A stretch of 64,000 bases of DNA from Rubrimonas sp. (GTDB lineage Bacteria; Pseudomonadota; Alphaproteobacteria; Rhodobacterales; Rhodobacteraceae). Below are positions 23,602 to 34,456 of this stretch, piece after piece; positions within the stretch are counted from its first letter, which is position 1, and the number at the start of each line of letters is the position of its first letter. Location: positions 1,906-65,905 of the forward strand of contig NZ_DAIQNN010000006.1 of the NCBI RefSeq assembly GCF_036788415.1, written 5' to 3'. The notes under the pieces were generated by a model, which worked only from the letters and a program-made list of their open reading frames with translations, was not told the origin of the DNA and did not search any database. Both the position numbers and the translations under genes were made by a program.

Positions 23602-24363
23602 TTAAGCGCTCATGCCAAGTAGTCGCTTCGCCGCAGCGCGCGCATAGTCTCTGTTCAACAACGCAATGAAGTCGAGGGAGACGCCCTTGGGGCAGACCGC
23701 CTCGCATTCTCCATGGTTCGAGCAGGCGCCGAAGCCCGTCGCGTCCATCGCGTCGACCATCGCCAGCGTGCGGCGGTCGCGCTCGGGCTGGCCTTGCGGC
23801 AGCATGTTGAGCTGCGCGACCTTGGCGGCGAGAAACAGCATCGCCGAGCCGTTCGGGCAAGCCGCGACGCAGGCCCCGCAGCCGATGCACATCGCCGCCT
23901 CCATCGCGCGGTCGGCGGTCTCGTGGGAGATCGGGATGGCGTTGGCGTCCGGGGCCTGGCCGGGTCGGACGCTGACATAGCCGCCGGCCTGCTGGATCTT
24001 CTCCAGCCCCGAGCGGTCCACCGCCAGATCGCGCAGCGGCGGGAAAGGGCCGGCGCGGAAGGGCTCGATGGTGATCGTCTCGCCGTCCTGATAGCGGTAC
24101 ATGTGGATCTGGCAGGCGGTCAGCCCGCCATGTCCGCCATGCGGCGCCCCGTTGACCGTCAGCGAGCACATGCCGCAGATGCCCTCGCGGCAGTCATGGT
24201 CGAAGACGATCGCCGGCTCGCCCTTGGCGACCAGCTTCTCGTTGAGCAGATCGAGCAGCTCGAGCAGCGACACGCTCGCGGCGACGTCGCGCATCTTGTA
24301 GTCGACGAAACGGCCGCGATCCTCGGCGTCGCGCTGACGCCAGATGCGCAGGGTGAAGTTCAT
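23602..24363 (-). CDS. sdhB: Succinate dehydrogenase/fumarate reductase iron-sulfur subunit (type B)
   Basis: Trimmed to MNFTLRIWRQRDAEDRGRFVDY... (ATG 24363..24361). CREGICGMCSL [2Fe-2S], CIGCGACVAACPN, CSNHGECEAVCP. Confidence 0.9.
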   Translation of the reverse strand: MNFTLRIWRQRDAEDRGRFVDYKMRDVAASVSLLELLDLLNEKLVAKGEPAIVFDHDCREGICGMCSLTVNGAPHGGHGGLTACQIHMYRYQDGETITIEPFRAGPFPPLRDLAVDRSGLEKIQQAGGYVSVRPGQAPDANAIPISHETADRAMEAAMCIGCGACVAACPNGSAMLFLAAKVAQLNMLPQGQPERDRRTLAMVDAMDATGFGACSNHGECEAVCPKGVSLDFIALLNRDYARAAAKRLLGMSA

Positions 24364-24376
24364 CGCGCCTCTCCGG

Positions 24377-26338
<1,962 letters not shown>

Positions 26339-26343
26339 GGGTC

Positions 26344-27153
26344 TCACGCTCCGTTCAGATGATGGAGAAACGACGACTTGTCGAAGATCGGAACGCCCAG
26401 CCAGGCGTCGAGCAGCACCGCGAAGGGGATCGAGGACAGGCCGATGAACACGAACCAGCCATAGAGCGAGGCGATGCGCTCGAGCCGCGCGCGCCAGACC
26501 GCGTTGCGCCAGCCGATGCTCTGGAACACGCTGGCCACGCCATGCGCCAGATGGCCCGACAGCAGCCACATCGCGGCGATGTAGAACAGCGAGATGAAGA
26601 CGTTGCTGAAGCCGATATAGGTCATCGCATAGACGTTCATCACCGGATGGGTGACGCCGCGCAGCGTGTAGTCCTGCAGCATCGAGAAGTCCTGCACCGA
26701 ACGCGTCGTCAGATGCAGGATGTGGAAGACGATGAAGAGCAGGATCACACCGCCGCTGATCATCATGCCCCGGCTCGCGCTGGTGGCGGCGAGGTAGCGC
26801 TCGCCGAGATAGCCGCGCGCCTTCACCTTGGAGTTTTCCCCGTTCAGCGCGCCGGCGAAGCCCGCATGGACGAGGAACGCGCTCAGCACCAGAGCGCGCA
26901 CCACCCAGATCAGCCCGAAGGGCAGCGACTGGAGGTGATGGGCGTAGGTGTTGATCGCGCCAGGGCCTATGAAGATCGTGAGATTGCCGACCGTGTGGCC
27001 GAGCGCGAAGATCGCAAGGAACGCGGCGGAGCCCGCCACGAGGAATTTGCGCCCGATCGAGGACCGGAAGAGATATCGCCAGGGAAGCGGTCGAGCTGCC
27101 TGCACCGTGTCATCCTCGGCGCGTCGAGACCGCGCCGCCTCTGTCAGAACCAT
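26344..27153 (-). CDS. sdhC: Succinate dehydrogenase/fumarate reductase cytochrome b subunit (single 5-TM diheme anchor)
   Basis: 269 aa. [28 protein letters not shown]..., multiple conserved His (HTVGN, HHLQS, FHILHL, GHLAHG). Gene order C-A-B with no sdhD indicates the Bacillus/Wolinella type. The exact start is uncertain. Confidence 0.85.
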   Translation of the reverse strand: MVLTEAARSRRAEDDTVQAARPLPWRYLFRSSIGRKFLVAGSAAFLAIFALGHTVGNLTIFIGPGAINTYAHHLQSLPFGLIWVVRALVLSAFLVHAGFAGALNGENSKVKARGYLGERYLAATSASRGMMISGGVILLFIVFHILHLTTRSVQDFSMLQDYTLRGVTHPVMNVYAMTYIGFSNVFISLFYIAAMWLLSGHLAHGVASVFQSIGWRNAVWRARLERIASLYGWFVFIGLSSIPFAVLLDAWLGVPIFDKSSFLHHLNGA

Positions 27154-27224
27154 CGATGTGATGAGCGCCCGAGCCTCGCCCCGCGCGCAAGTCCGACCAT
27201 AGGACCGGTGGCGCGTGCGAACGG

Positions 27225-27238
27225 TTGCGCCATATCAA
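27225..27238 (-). promoter_or_regulatory. Weak FNR/FixK-like half-conserved box upstream of sdhC
   Basis: TTGCGCCATATCAA. The right half ATCAA is perfect; the left half TTGCG matches 3 of 5. It lies 72-85 bp upstream of the sdhC start. Confidence 0.25.
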
Positions 27239-27299
27239 GCGAAGGCTTTGCGGCGCCGCGGCATATCGTCGGCAGGCCGGGGCGCAGCGCGGCGCCGCC

Positions 27300-29252
27300 T
27301 CAGCGCGAGCGCGCCGCGGCCCGCGCAGGCGTCGGCGTCCCCCGACCCGGCTCGGCGCGCGCAAGATGCGCCATCAGCGCCAGACCGCCGATCAGCGCCG
27401 CGATCAGCACGCCGTCCGGCGCGCCCGCGCCGAAGGCGGCGAGGTTGGCCGCAGCGAGCGCCAGCGCCAGCAGCCGCACGCCCTGGCTCAGCGGGCGCGC
27501 GACATGGCCGATCGACGCCGCCGTGATCAGCGCGACGGCGAGCAGCGCGCGCAGCAGCGCCAGCGCCGCCGCCGCCGGATCCGTCCCGACGCCCAGCAGC
27601 ATGTCGGGCTGATTGGCGAAGGCGATGGGGATGACGTAGAAGCCCGCCCCCAGCCGCAGCGCCGCGAAGGAGGTCCGCCAGGGGTCCGCCTTCGCCACAG
27701 CCGCCGCCGCGAAGCTCGCGATGGCCACGGGCGGGGTGATCATCGAAAGCATCCCGAAATAGAAGACGAACATGTGCGCCGCCATCGGGGGCGCACCCAT
27801 CTGCGCCATCGCCGGCGCGGCCAGCGCGGCGAGCAGGATGTAGACGCCGACGGTCGGCATCCCCAGGCCCAGCAGAAGGCACAGCCCCGCCGTCATCGCC
27901 AGCAGCAGCGCCATGCTGCCGCCCGCCGCCGCCAGCATCTGCAAGGTGATGGCGAAGGAGATACCGGTCAGGTTCAGCACGCCGATGATCAGTCCCGCCG
28001 CCGCCGCCAGCACCACGATGTCGGCGACCTGCTCCATCGCGTCGAGCAGCCGGCGCCCACTTTCGCGCAGCCGCGCCAGCGCGCCGGGACCGGGCAGGCC
28101 GACATGCAATGCGATCAGGACGGCGGTCGCGAGCAGCCCCGCCTGCTGCGGCGAGCGCCCCTCGACGAAGAGCAGCCAGATCAGCGCGGCGACCGCCAGC
28201 AGATGGCGCCAGGGCGCGGCATTCTCGCCCTCCACGGTTCGCGCAGCCGCGCGCGCGCGCAGCTGCGCGGCGTCGTCCTCCGGCGCGCGCCGGCGCGCCT
28301 CGAAATCGACCGCGAAAAGCAACGCCGCGTAGAAGAGCAGCCCCGGCCCCAGAGCGGCCAGCGCGACCTCGGCGTAGGGGACTTCCAGAAGCTCCGCCAT
28401 GAGGAAGGCCGAGGCCCCCATGATCGGCGGCATCAGCTGGCCGCCGGTGGAGGCCACCGCCTCGATCCCCGCCGCAACTTCGCGCCGATACCCCGCGCGC
28501 CGCATCATCGGGATGGTGACTGCGCCCACAGCCGCCACATTGGCGACCGCGCTGCCCGACACCGCCCCGAACAGCCCCGAGCCCAGCACCGCAACCTTCG
28601 CCGCCCCGCCGCGCATCCCGCCGACGAGCCTCGAGACCGCCTCGGTCGCCGCGCGGGCGCCGCCGAAGGCGTTGAGCAGCGCGCCGAAGGCGATGAAGGG
28701 GGCGATGGTCGTCACCGCGATGTCGAGCATCTTCGAGAATAGCGCGTTGGAGTCGAACGCCAGATACACGCCCAGCCGCTCCGGGCTCACCGGGCGCGAG
28801 GCGTAATCCGCTGGCAGGTGCGGACCGACGAACAGCGCGAAGCCCGCCAGAAGCGCCAGCAGCGCCGGCAGCACCAGCCCGGTGCGCCGCCGCACCGCCT
28901 CGAGCACGCCCGCGATCATCAGCGCGCCGAGCGCCACCGCCTCCGGGGGCGCGAAGGCGATGTCGAGCTGGATCGCGGGATAGCGCGCCGCGACATAGAG
29001 GAACGCCGCCAGCACCGAGGCCGCGAACCCCGCGTTGAGCGCCGCCGCCACGCGGCTCCACGGGCGGGCCGGCGGCGTGAGCAGCGCGAGCGCCGCGCAC
29101 AGGCCGAGCCCGAAGGCGATCATCTGCTCGGTGTAGAGATGCGCGCCCAGCCGCCCCGGCGCGTCGAGCGCCCAGAGCGTCAGCCCCAACGCGAACGCGG
29201 CCCGCAGCCCGTCGCGCGCGCGTTCGGCCGCCCAGCGCATTGCGCGCGCCAC
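27300..29252 (-). CDS. TRAP transporter fused permease (TAXI-associated)
   Basis: 650 aa polytopic. Blocks VAVLGSGLFGAVSGSAVANVAAVGAVTIPMMRRAGY and IEAVASTGGQLMPPIMGASAFLMAE are typical of fused TRAP-T permeases. Confidence 0.9.
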   Translation of the reverse strand: MARAMRWAAERARDGLRAAFALGLTLWALDAPGRLGAHLYTEQMIAFGLGLCAALALLTPPARPWSRVAAALNAGFAASVLAAFLYVAARYPAIQLDIAFAPPEAVALGALMIAGVLEAVRRRTGLVLPALLALLAGFALFVGPHLPADYASRPVSPERLGVYLAFDSNALFSKMLDIAVTTIAPFIAFGALLNAFGGARAATEAVSRLVGGMRGGAAKVAVLGSGLFGAVSGSAVANVAAVGAVTIPMMRRAGYRREVAAGIEAVASTGGQLMPPIMGASAFLMAELLEVPYAEVALAALGPGLLFYAALLFAVDFEARRRAPEDDAAQLRARAAARTVEGENAAPWRHLLAVAALIWLLFVEGRSPQQAGLLATAVLIALHVGLPGPGALARLRESGRRLLDAMEQVADIVVLAAAAGLIIGVLNLTGISFAITLQMLAAAGGSMALLLAMTAGLCLLLGLGMPTVGVYILLAALAAPAMAQMGAPPMAAHMFVFYFGMLSMITPPVAIASFAAAAVAKADPWRTSFAALRLGAGFYVIPIAFANQPDMLLGVGTDPAAAALALLRALLAVALITAASIGHVARPLSQGVRLLALALAAANLAAFGAGAPDGVLIAALIGGLALMAHLARAEPGRGTPTPARAAARSR

Positions 29253-29261
29253 CGCCGCCCC

Positions 29262-30191
29262 TCAGCGCGCGCCGAGCGCATCGTGGAACGGCACCCGCAG
29301 CCCCTGCTTCACGAGCGCGTCGGGGTCCAGCCCGCGAAACAGCGGAAAGCCCGCGATCAGCGCCTCGCGATGCGCCGCCAGCCCTTCGACCACGGCGCGC
29401 ACCGTCTCCGCCGGCGCGTCGGCGCGGGTGAGCAGCAGATTGTCGAAGGCGAGCACCGGCGTCGGCTGCGCCACCCCGGTCATTCCCGGCGCCGCGGGCG
29501 CGGTCGCGATGTAGCCCTCGGGGAAGATGTCGCGCACCCGCGCGAGCGCCTCCGGACTGTCCTCGATTGCGAGGATGCGCACCGGCGTCGTCGCGTCGAC
29601 TTCGGAGACCTTGGCCGCGCCCACGGCGAAGAAGAAGGCGTCGGCGCGCCCGTCGACGAACTGGTCGGCGCCGGCGGCGACCGACGGGGTCGGCGCCGGG
29701 CGCACGTCGTCGAGCGTGACGCCGCCCGCGGCCAGCGCCGCCTTCAGAAGCGTGTCGACAGACCCCATCGCCGAGAAGCCCGACGTCACGCGCCGTTCGC
29801 GCAACTCCGCGACCGTCGAGATGCCGTCGGCGGCGCGGGCGAACAGCGCGACGCGCAGCGGATAGAGCACGGCGGCGACGCGGAGGTTCTCGAGCCGGCG
29901 CCCTGCGAACATGCCGAGCCCCTCATAGGCTTCGGCGGCTTCGAGCGCGTTGGCGATGGCGAAGTCGAGCTCGCCGGAATTGAGCAGCGGCAACAGCGTC
30001 GACTCGCCGGAATTGGGCTGGACGCGGGCCTGGAGCGCGAGCCTCTCGTTCATCATCTGGGCGATCACCGAGCCGGTGGTGTAGCTGAGCGTGCCCTGCG
30101 ACATCGTCCCCACGCCGATCACGCCCTGCGCCGCCGCCGGCCCCGCCAGCGCAAGCAGCGCCGCGACCGCAATGCCGAAAATCCGCTTCAC
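29262..30191 (-). CDS. TAXI-family TRAP transporter solute-binding subunit
   Basis: Start set to GTG 30191..30189 (VKRIFGIAVAALLALAGPAAAQG signal peptide) preceded by GGAGG. ...GTMSQGTLSYTTGSVIAQ...LLNSGELDFAIAN typical of the TAXI (Imp) family. Confidence 0.85.
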   Translation of the reverse strand: MKRIFGIAVAALLALAGPAAAQGVIGVGTMSQGTLSYTTGSVIAQMMNERLALQARVQPNSGESTLLPLLNSGELDFAIANALEAAEAYEGLGMFAGRRLENLRVAAVLYPLRVALFARAADGISTVAELRERRVTSGFSAMGSVDTLLKAALAAGGVTLDDVRPAPTPSVAAGADQFVDGRADAFFFAVGAAKVSEVDATTPVRILAIEDSPEALARVRDIFPEGYIATAPAAPGMTGVAQPTPVLAFDNLLLTRADAPAETVRAVVEGLAAHREALIAGFPLFRGLDPDALVKQGLRVPFHDALGAR

Positions 30192-30328
30192 CCGAGCCTC
30201 CGCCCATTTCCCGCGCACGCCGGGGGCCGAGCCCGCGACGATCCCGCACGGCACCCTATCCGAGCGGGTCGGACCATCGCCACAACGCGATGGCGCCGAC
30301 ACTGCGCGGCGCTGCGCCGCAGCGCCCC

Positions 30329-31168
30329 TCACCTCCGCTCCAGCCACAGGCTGCTCTCGAAGACGCCCGGCCGCAACGCGCGCGCCGGCAGGGCCGCCTC
30401 GAGGGTCGCGGGCGCCTTCATCCGCGTCGCAGCCCAACGGCAAGAGAACACCGGGCGGAGCGCCCCGCCCAACAGCCAGCCGCCAAGCGCGCACTGCTCG
30501 GCGTAGCCGCGCCATGTCCACTCCGGCGGATAGGGGTCCGGCAGGAACACGTCGTGAATGTGGACGAGGACTCCGGGCTTCAGTACCGGCAGGACGCGGT
30601 TGAGGATCACATCCACATCGCCATGCGGCAGCAGCAGATGCGAACTGTCGAACACGGCGAAATCGCCCGCCTCAAGCGCCGTGAATTGAGGAAGGTGCGC
30701 AGGCGCGAGCACCTCCGCGCGATGCGCGGCGCCCGGCGGCAGCGGCGCGCGCGGCGCGGGGTCGATGCAGAGGATCCCGGTCGCCAGCCCTTCGTCGGCG
30801 CAGGCGCGGGCGAGAAAGCGGGTGGAATGGCCCGAGCCGACCTCCACGATCCGCCGCGGCCGCCGCGCCCGCGCCAGCGCATAGGCCGCGCCGGCGTCGA
30901 GCCGCGGGAACCATTCCTGATCGATGCGCGGCTGCGGGGCCGGGCCGGTCATCGCCGCCAGCGCCGACGAATGATCCGCTATCAGATCAAGAACATGCGC
31001 GAAGTCTCTCTCATGCCGCGCGAAGAGGTCGGCGATTGCGGGATACCCCTCGGCGGCCGGATCGGGCGGGCGCGGCACGCTGTCCGCGTAGCGATAGGGG
31101 ATGAACGCGCCGCGCCGGCGCAGCCCCAGCAGCGTCGGCAGACCCATGCGCAGCAGCCGCCAGTCCAT
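30329..31168 (-). CDS. Class I SAM-dependent methyltransferase (Methyltransf_24-like)
   Basis: 279 aa. SAM motif [12 protein letters not shown]. Later HIHDVF acidic/His block. Confidence 0.7.
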   Translation of the reverse strand: MDWRLLRMGLPTLLGLRRRGAFIPYRYADSVPRPPDPAAEGYPAIADLFARHERDFAHVLDLIADHSSALAAMTGPAPQPRIDQEWFPRLDAGAAYALARARRPRRIVEVGSGHSTRFLARACADEGLATGILCIDPAPRAPLPPGAAHRAEVLAPAHLPQFTALEAGDFAVFDSSHLLLPHGDVDVILNRVLPVLKPGVLVHIHDVFLPDPYPPEWTWRGYAEQCALGGWLLGGALRPVFSCRWAATRMKAPATLEAALPARALRPGVFESSLWLERR

Positions 31169-31313
31169 CGCCCCTCCAGCCCCGCCAAGGGCAATTCACA
31201 TCCCGGCGCACGCGCATTCATGTCGCGGCGCCTCGCCTTGCCGCGCAGCGGCGCCCCCTGTAGCGTCGCGCCGAAATTCCGCAAGCGTCCCCCCCCGCAG
31301 AAAGGCCCCGTCG

Positions 31314-32528
31314 ATGAGCAAGATCAAGGTGGAGAACCCTGTCGTCGAACTCGACGGCGACGAGATGACCCGGATCATCTGGGACTTCATCAAGCAGAAG
31401 CTGATCCTGCCCTATCTCGACATCGACCTGAAATATTACGACCTCGGCATCGAGGAGCGCGACAGCACAGACGACCAGATCACCGTCGACGCCGCCCACG
31501 CCATCCTGAAATACGGCGTCGGCGTGAAATGCGCCACGATCACGCCGGACGAGCAGCGGGTCGAAGAATTCGGCCTCAAGCAGATGTGGAAGTCGCCGAA
31601 CGGCACGATCCGCAACATCCTGGGCGGCGTGATCTTCCGCCAGCCGATCATCTGCCGCAACGTGCCGCGCCTCGTGCCCGGCTGGACCCAGCCCATCGTG
31701 ATCGGCCGCCACGCCTTCGGCGACCAGTACCGCGCGACCGATTTCCGCTTTCCCGGCAAGGGCAAGCTGACGATCAAATTCGTCGGCGAGGACGGGACGA
31801 CCATCGAGCGCGAGGTGTTCGACGCGCCGGGCTCGGGCGTCGCGATGGCGATGTACAATCTCGACGAGTCGATCCGCGACTTCGCCCGCGCCAGCATGAA
31901 TTACGGCCTGTCGCTCGGCTGGCCCGTCTATCTCTCGACCAAGAACACCATCCTCAAGGCCTATGACGGACGCTTCAAGGACCTGTTCGAGGAAGTCTAT
32001 CAGGCCGAGTTCGCCGACAAGTTCAAGAAGGCCGGGATCACCTACGAGCACCGCCTGATCGACGACATGGTGGCCTGCGCGATGAAGTGGTCGGGCGGCT
32101 ATGTCTGGGCCTGCAAGAACTATGACGGCGACGTGCAGTCCGACACGGTGGCGCAGGGCTTCGGCTCGCTGGGCCTGATGACCTCGGTCCTTATGACGCC
32201 CGACGGCAAGACGGTGGAGGCCGAGGCGGCGCATGGCACCGTCACCCGCCACTACCGCGAACATCAGAAGGGCAAGGAGACCTCGACCAACTCCATCGCC
32301 TCGATCTACGCGTGGACCGGCGGCCTGAAGCACCGCGCCAAGCTCGACGACAACGCGGCCCTGCTGCGCTTCGCGACCACGCTGGAGAAGACCACCGTGG
32401 ACGCCGTCGAGGCGGGCTTCATGACCAAGGATCTCGCGCTGCTCGTCGGGCCCGACCAGAAATGGCTCACCACGATGGGTTATCTGGAGAAGGTCGACGA
32501 GATGCTGAACAAGGCGCTCGCAGGCTGA
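31314..32528 (+). CDS. icd: NADP-dependent isocitrate dehydrogenase (eukaryote-like type II, 404 aa)
   Basis: [27 protein letters not shown]...CATITPDE...GTIRNILGG...[10 protein letters not shown]. Confidence 0.95.
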   Translation: MSKIKVENPVVELDGDEMTRIIWDFIKQKLILPYLDIDLKYYDLGIEERDSTDDQITVDAAHAILKYGVGVKCATITPDEQRVEEFGLKQMWKSPNGTIRNILGGVIFRQPIICRNVPRLVPGWTQPIVIGRHAFGDQYRATDFRFPGKGKLTIKFVGEDGTTIEREVFDAPGSGVAMAMYNLDESIRDFARASMNYGLSLGWPVYLSTKNTILKAYDGRFKDLFEEVYQAEFADKFKKAGITYEHRLIDDMVACAMKWSGGYVWACKNYDGDVQSDTVAQGFGSLGLMTSVLMTPDGKTVEAEAAHGTVTRHYREHQKGKETSTNSIASIYAWTGGLKHRAKLDDNAALLRFATTLEKTTVDAVEAGFMTKDLALLVGPDQKWLTTMGYLEKVDEMLNKALAG

Positions 32529-32556
32529 CGCGCGGCGCCGCGGGAGGCGCCCGCCT

Positions 32557-33267
32557 TCACTCCGGCTCGACGACGAACTGCGCGCGCGCTCCGGCCCAGA
32601 AGGAGACCGCGTATTCGATCGGCTGGCCCGCCATGTCGAGATTGAGCGCCTCGACCCGCAGCACCGGCTGCGTCTCGGACTGACGCAGCCGCGCCGCCAC
32701 CACGCGCGACGGCGCCCGCGCGGTGATCCGCGTCCAGCTGCGTCGGTAGTCGATTACGCCGTAATTCTTCAGCGCCTCGGTGATCGAGCCGCAGGCCTCG
32801 AAGGCCTTGATCAGCCCCGGAAACCGCGCCGCCGGGAAGATGTGGCGGCAATTGTGCACCGGCAGGTCGTCGGCGAAGCCGAGCGTCTCCAGCTCGATCG
32901 CCTGCTCGCCGACGCGCAGGCCCAGATGGCGCTGCGTCGGCTCGTCGGCGGGGACGATCTCGGCGCGCAGCAGCTTGTGCGCCGGCGCGCGACCGAGCTC
33001 GCGCACATTCTGGCTGAACTTCACCTTCGGGCCGATCCGGTAGTCTACGACCCCTTCCGCCACATAGGCGCCCGAGCCGCGCCGCACCCAGATCGCCCCC
33101 TCCGTCGTCAGCTCCGCCAGCGCGCGGCGGACGGTGTGGCGGTTGACGTCGAAGCGCTCCGACAGCTCCTTCTCGGTCGGAAGCTTGTCGCCGGTTCGGA
33201 AACGACCCTCGCCGATGTCGCGCCGGAGCGCTCCATAGATCTCGCGCCATATGGGCGAATTCGCCAT
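32557..33267 (-). CDS. phnF: Phosphonate metabolism transcriptional regulator PhnF (GntR/HutC family)
   Basis: Trimmed to MANSPIWREIYGALRRDIGEGRFRTGDKLPTEKELSERFDVNRHTVRRALAEL (wHTH) plus a UTRA domain. Divergent from phnG. Confidence 0.85.
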   Translation of the reverse strand: MANSPIWREIYGALRRDIGEGRFRTGDKLPTEKELSERFDVNRHTVRRALAELTTEGAIWVRRGSGAYVAEGVVDYRIGPKVKFSQNVRELGRAPAHKLLRAEIVPADEPTQRHLGLRVGEQAIELETLGFADDLPVHNCRHIFPAARFPGLIKAFEACGSITEALKNYGVIDYRRSWTRITARAPSRVVAARLRQSETQPVLRVEALNLDMAGQPIEYAVSFWAGARAQFVVEPE

Positions 33268-33354
33268 CTGTCCCCGCCAGCCTCCGCCGTGATGTCGTGG
33301 AAAATTCACAGGATCGACGCCGGGTTCGGATTGCCGAGGCGGCGCGTTGAGGTA

Positions 33355-33378
33355 GTATCTGTCTAGACCACTAGATAA
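33355..33378. promoter_or_regulatory. Candidate PhnF (HutC-type) operator in the phnF-phnG divergent region
   Basis: GTATCTGTCTAGACCACTAGATAA contains the 8-bp palindrome GTCTAGAC (33361-33368) and a second CTAGA 8 bp downstream. It resembles HutC-family cores (GGTCTAGACC-like; TAGACCA as in mycobacterial PhnF sites, from memory). It is AT-rich in a GC-rich genome. Confidence 0.45.
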
Positions 33379-33394
33379 GTTCCCGTGAAATTCC

Positions 33395-33859
33395 ATGTCA
33401 AGCGACGACATCGACACGCGTCCCGGCTGGATGGGCGTTCTCGCGCGCTCCGAGCCGCGCGGGCTGGCGGCGGCGGTAGAGGCGCTGTGGGCCGAACTGG
33501 GCGGCGCGCCCGAGGCGACCGATCTGCGCGCGCCCCAGACCGGTCTCGCGATGGCGCGCGGGCGGGCCGGCGCGACGGGGTCGGCCTTCAATCTCGGGGA
33601 AGTGCCGGCGACGCGCTGCGCGCTGCGGCTGGCGGACGGGACCGTCGGGATCGCCTATGCGCTGGGCCGCGACCGCGCCCATGCGCGCCGCGCCGCGCTG
33701 TGCGACGCGCTGATGCAGACGGCGCAGGCCGCGACGGTGCGCCGGATCGTGCTCGCCCCGCTCGCCGCGGCGGAGGCCGACCGCGCCGCCCGGCGGGCCG
33801 CCCGGGCCGCCGCGACCCGGGTGGAGTTCTTCACGCTGGTCCGGGGAGAGGACGGATGA
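33395..33859 (+). CDS. phnG: C-P lyase system protein PhnG
   Basis: 154 aa. ...GRAGATGSAFNLGEVPATRCALRL...VEFFTLVRGED. First gene of phnGHIJKL with ATGA overlaps. Confidence 0.9.
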   Translation: MSSDDIDTRPGWMGVLARSEPRGLAAAVEALWAELGGAPEATDLRAPQTGLAMARGRAGATGSAFNLGEVPATRCALRLADGTVGIAYALGRDRAHARRAALCDALMQTAQAATVRRIVLAPLAAAEADRAARRAARAAATRVEFFTLVRGEDG

Positions 33860-34455
33860 GCGCGCCCGCCCTCGCCGCCGCTCCCGCAGGAGGCTTCGCC
33901 GATCCGGTGCGCGATGCGGCCTTCGCCTTCCGGGCGCTGCTCGACGCGACGGCGCAGCCGGGCCGGGTTTTCGCGCTGGGCGCCGGCGTGCTCGCGCCGC
34001 CGCCGCTGTCGCCCGCTGCGGCGGCGGCGCTGCTGACGCTCGCCGACGCGGACGCGCCGGTCTGGCTCGCGCCGTCGCTGCGCGCGCCGGCGGTCGAGGG
34101 CTGGCTGCGCTTCCACCTCTCCACCGCCCCCGAGGCGGAGCCCTCGCGCGCCGCCTATGCGGTGGGGCGCTGGGACGACATCGCCGGGTTGGACTGGCCG
34201 GTGGGTTCGGCGGAGCACCCAGACCGTTCGGTCACGCTGATCGTCGAAGTCGAGGCCTTGCGCGAAGGCGCCGGCGCGCGGATTTCCGGGCCAGGCGTCG
34301 CGGGCGCGCGACGTCTGGCGGTCGACGGCGTCGGGTCCGGCTTCTGGGCGGCGCGGGCGGCCAACCGGGCGCTGTTCCCGCTGGGTTGGGACGCGATCCT
34401 GACGGCGGGCGCGACGGTCGCGGCGCTGCCGCGCGCGACGCGGGCGGAGCTCTGA
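33856..34455 (+). CDS. phnH: C-P lyase system protein PhnH
   Basis: ATGA overlap with phnG. FADPVRDAAFAFRALLDATAQPGRV... typical PhnH N-terminus. Position between phnG and phnI. Confidence 0.85.
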   Translation: MSAPALAAAPAGGFADPVRDAAFAFRALLDATAQPGRVFALGAGVLAPPPLSPAAAAALLTLADADAPVWLAPSLRAPAVEGWLRFHLSTAPEAEPSRAAYAVGRWDDIAGLDWPVGSAEHPDRSVTLIVEVEALREGAGARISGPGVAGARRLAVDGVGSGFWAARAANRALFPLGWDAILTAGATVAALPRATRAEL

Positions 34456-34456
34456 G

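Noticed and set aside
23594-23608. Palindrome CGCTTAA-C-TTAAGCG at the sdhB stop as an intrinsic terminator for sdhCAB.
   Set aside because: It has a one-nucleotide centre (no viable loop), an AT-rich short stem and no following U-tract on the minus strand. It is kept only as a possible protein site or repeat (see the AACTTAAG finding).
27300-30191. TAXI-TRAP system as the phosphonate transporter for the phn cluster.
   Set aside because: It is separated from phnF by a methyltransferase gene and icd on differing strands. I know of no precedent, and its adjacency to sdhCAB is the more parsimonious association.
32529-32556. GGCGCC-N6-GGCGCC between the convergent icd and phnF genes as a bidirectional terminator.
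   Set aside because: The stem is only 6 bp with no U-tracts on either strand, so support is insufficient.
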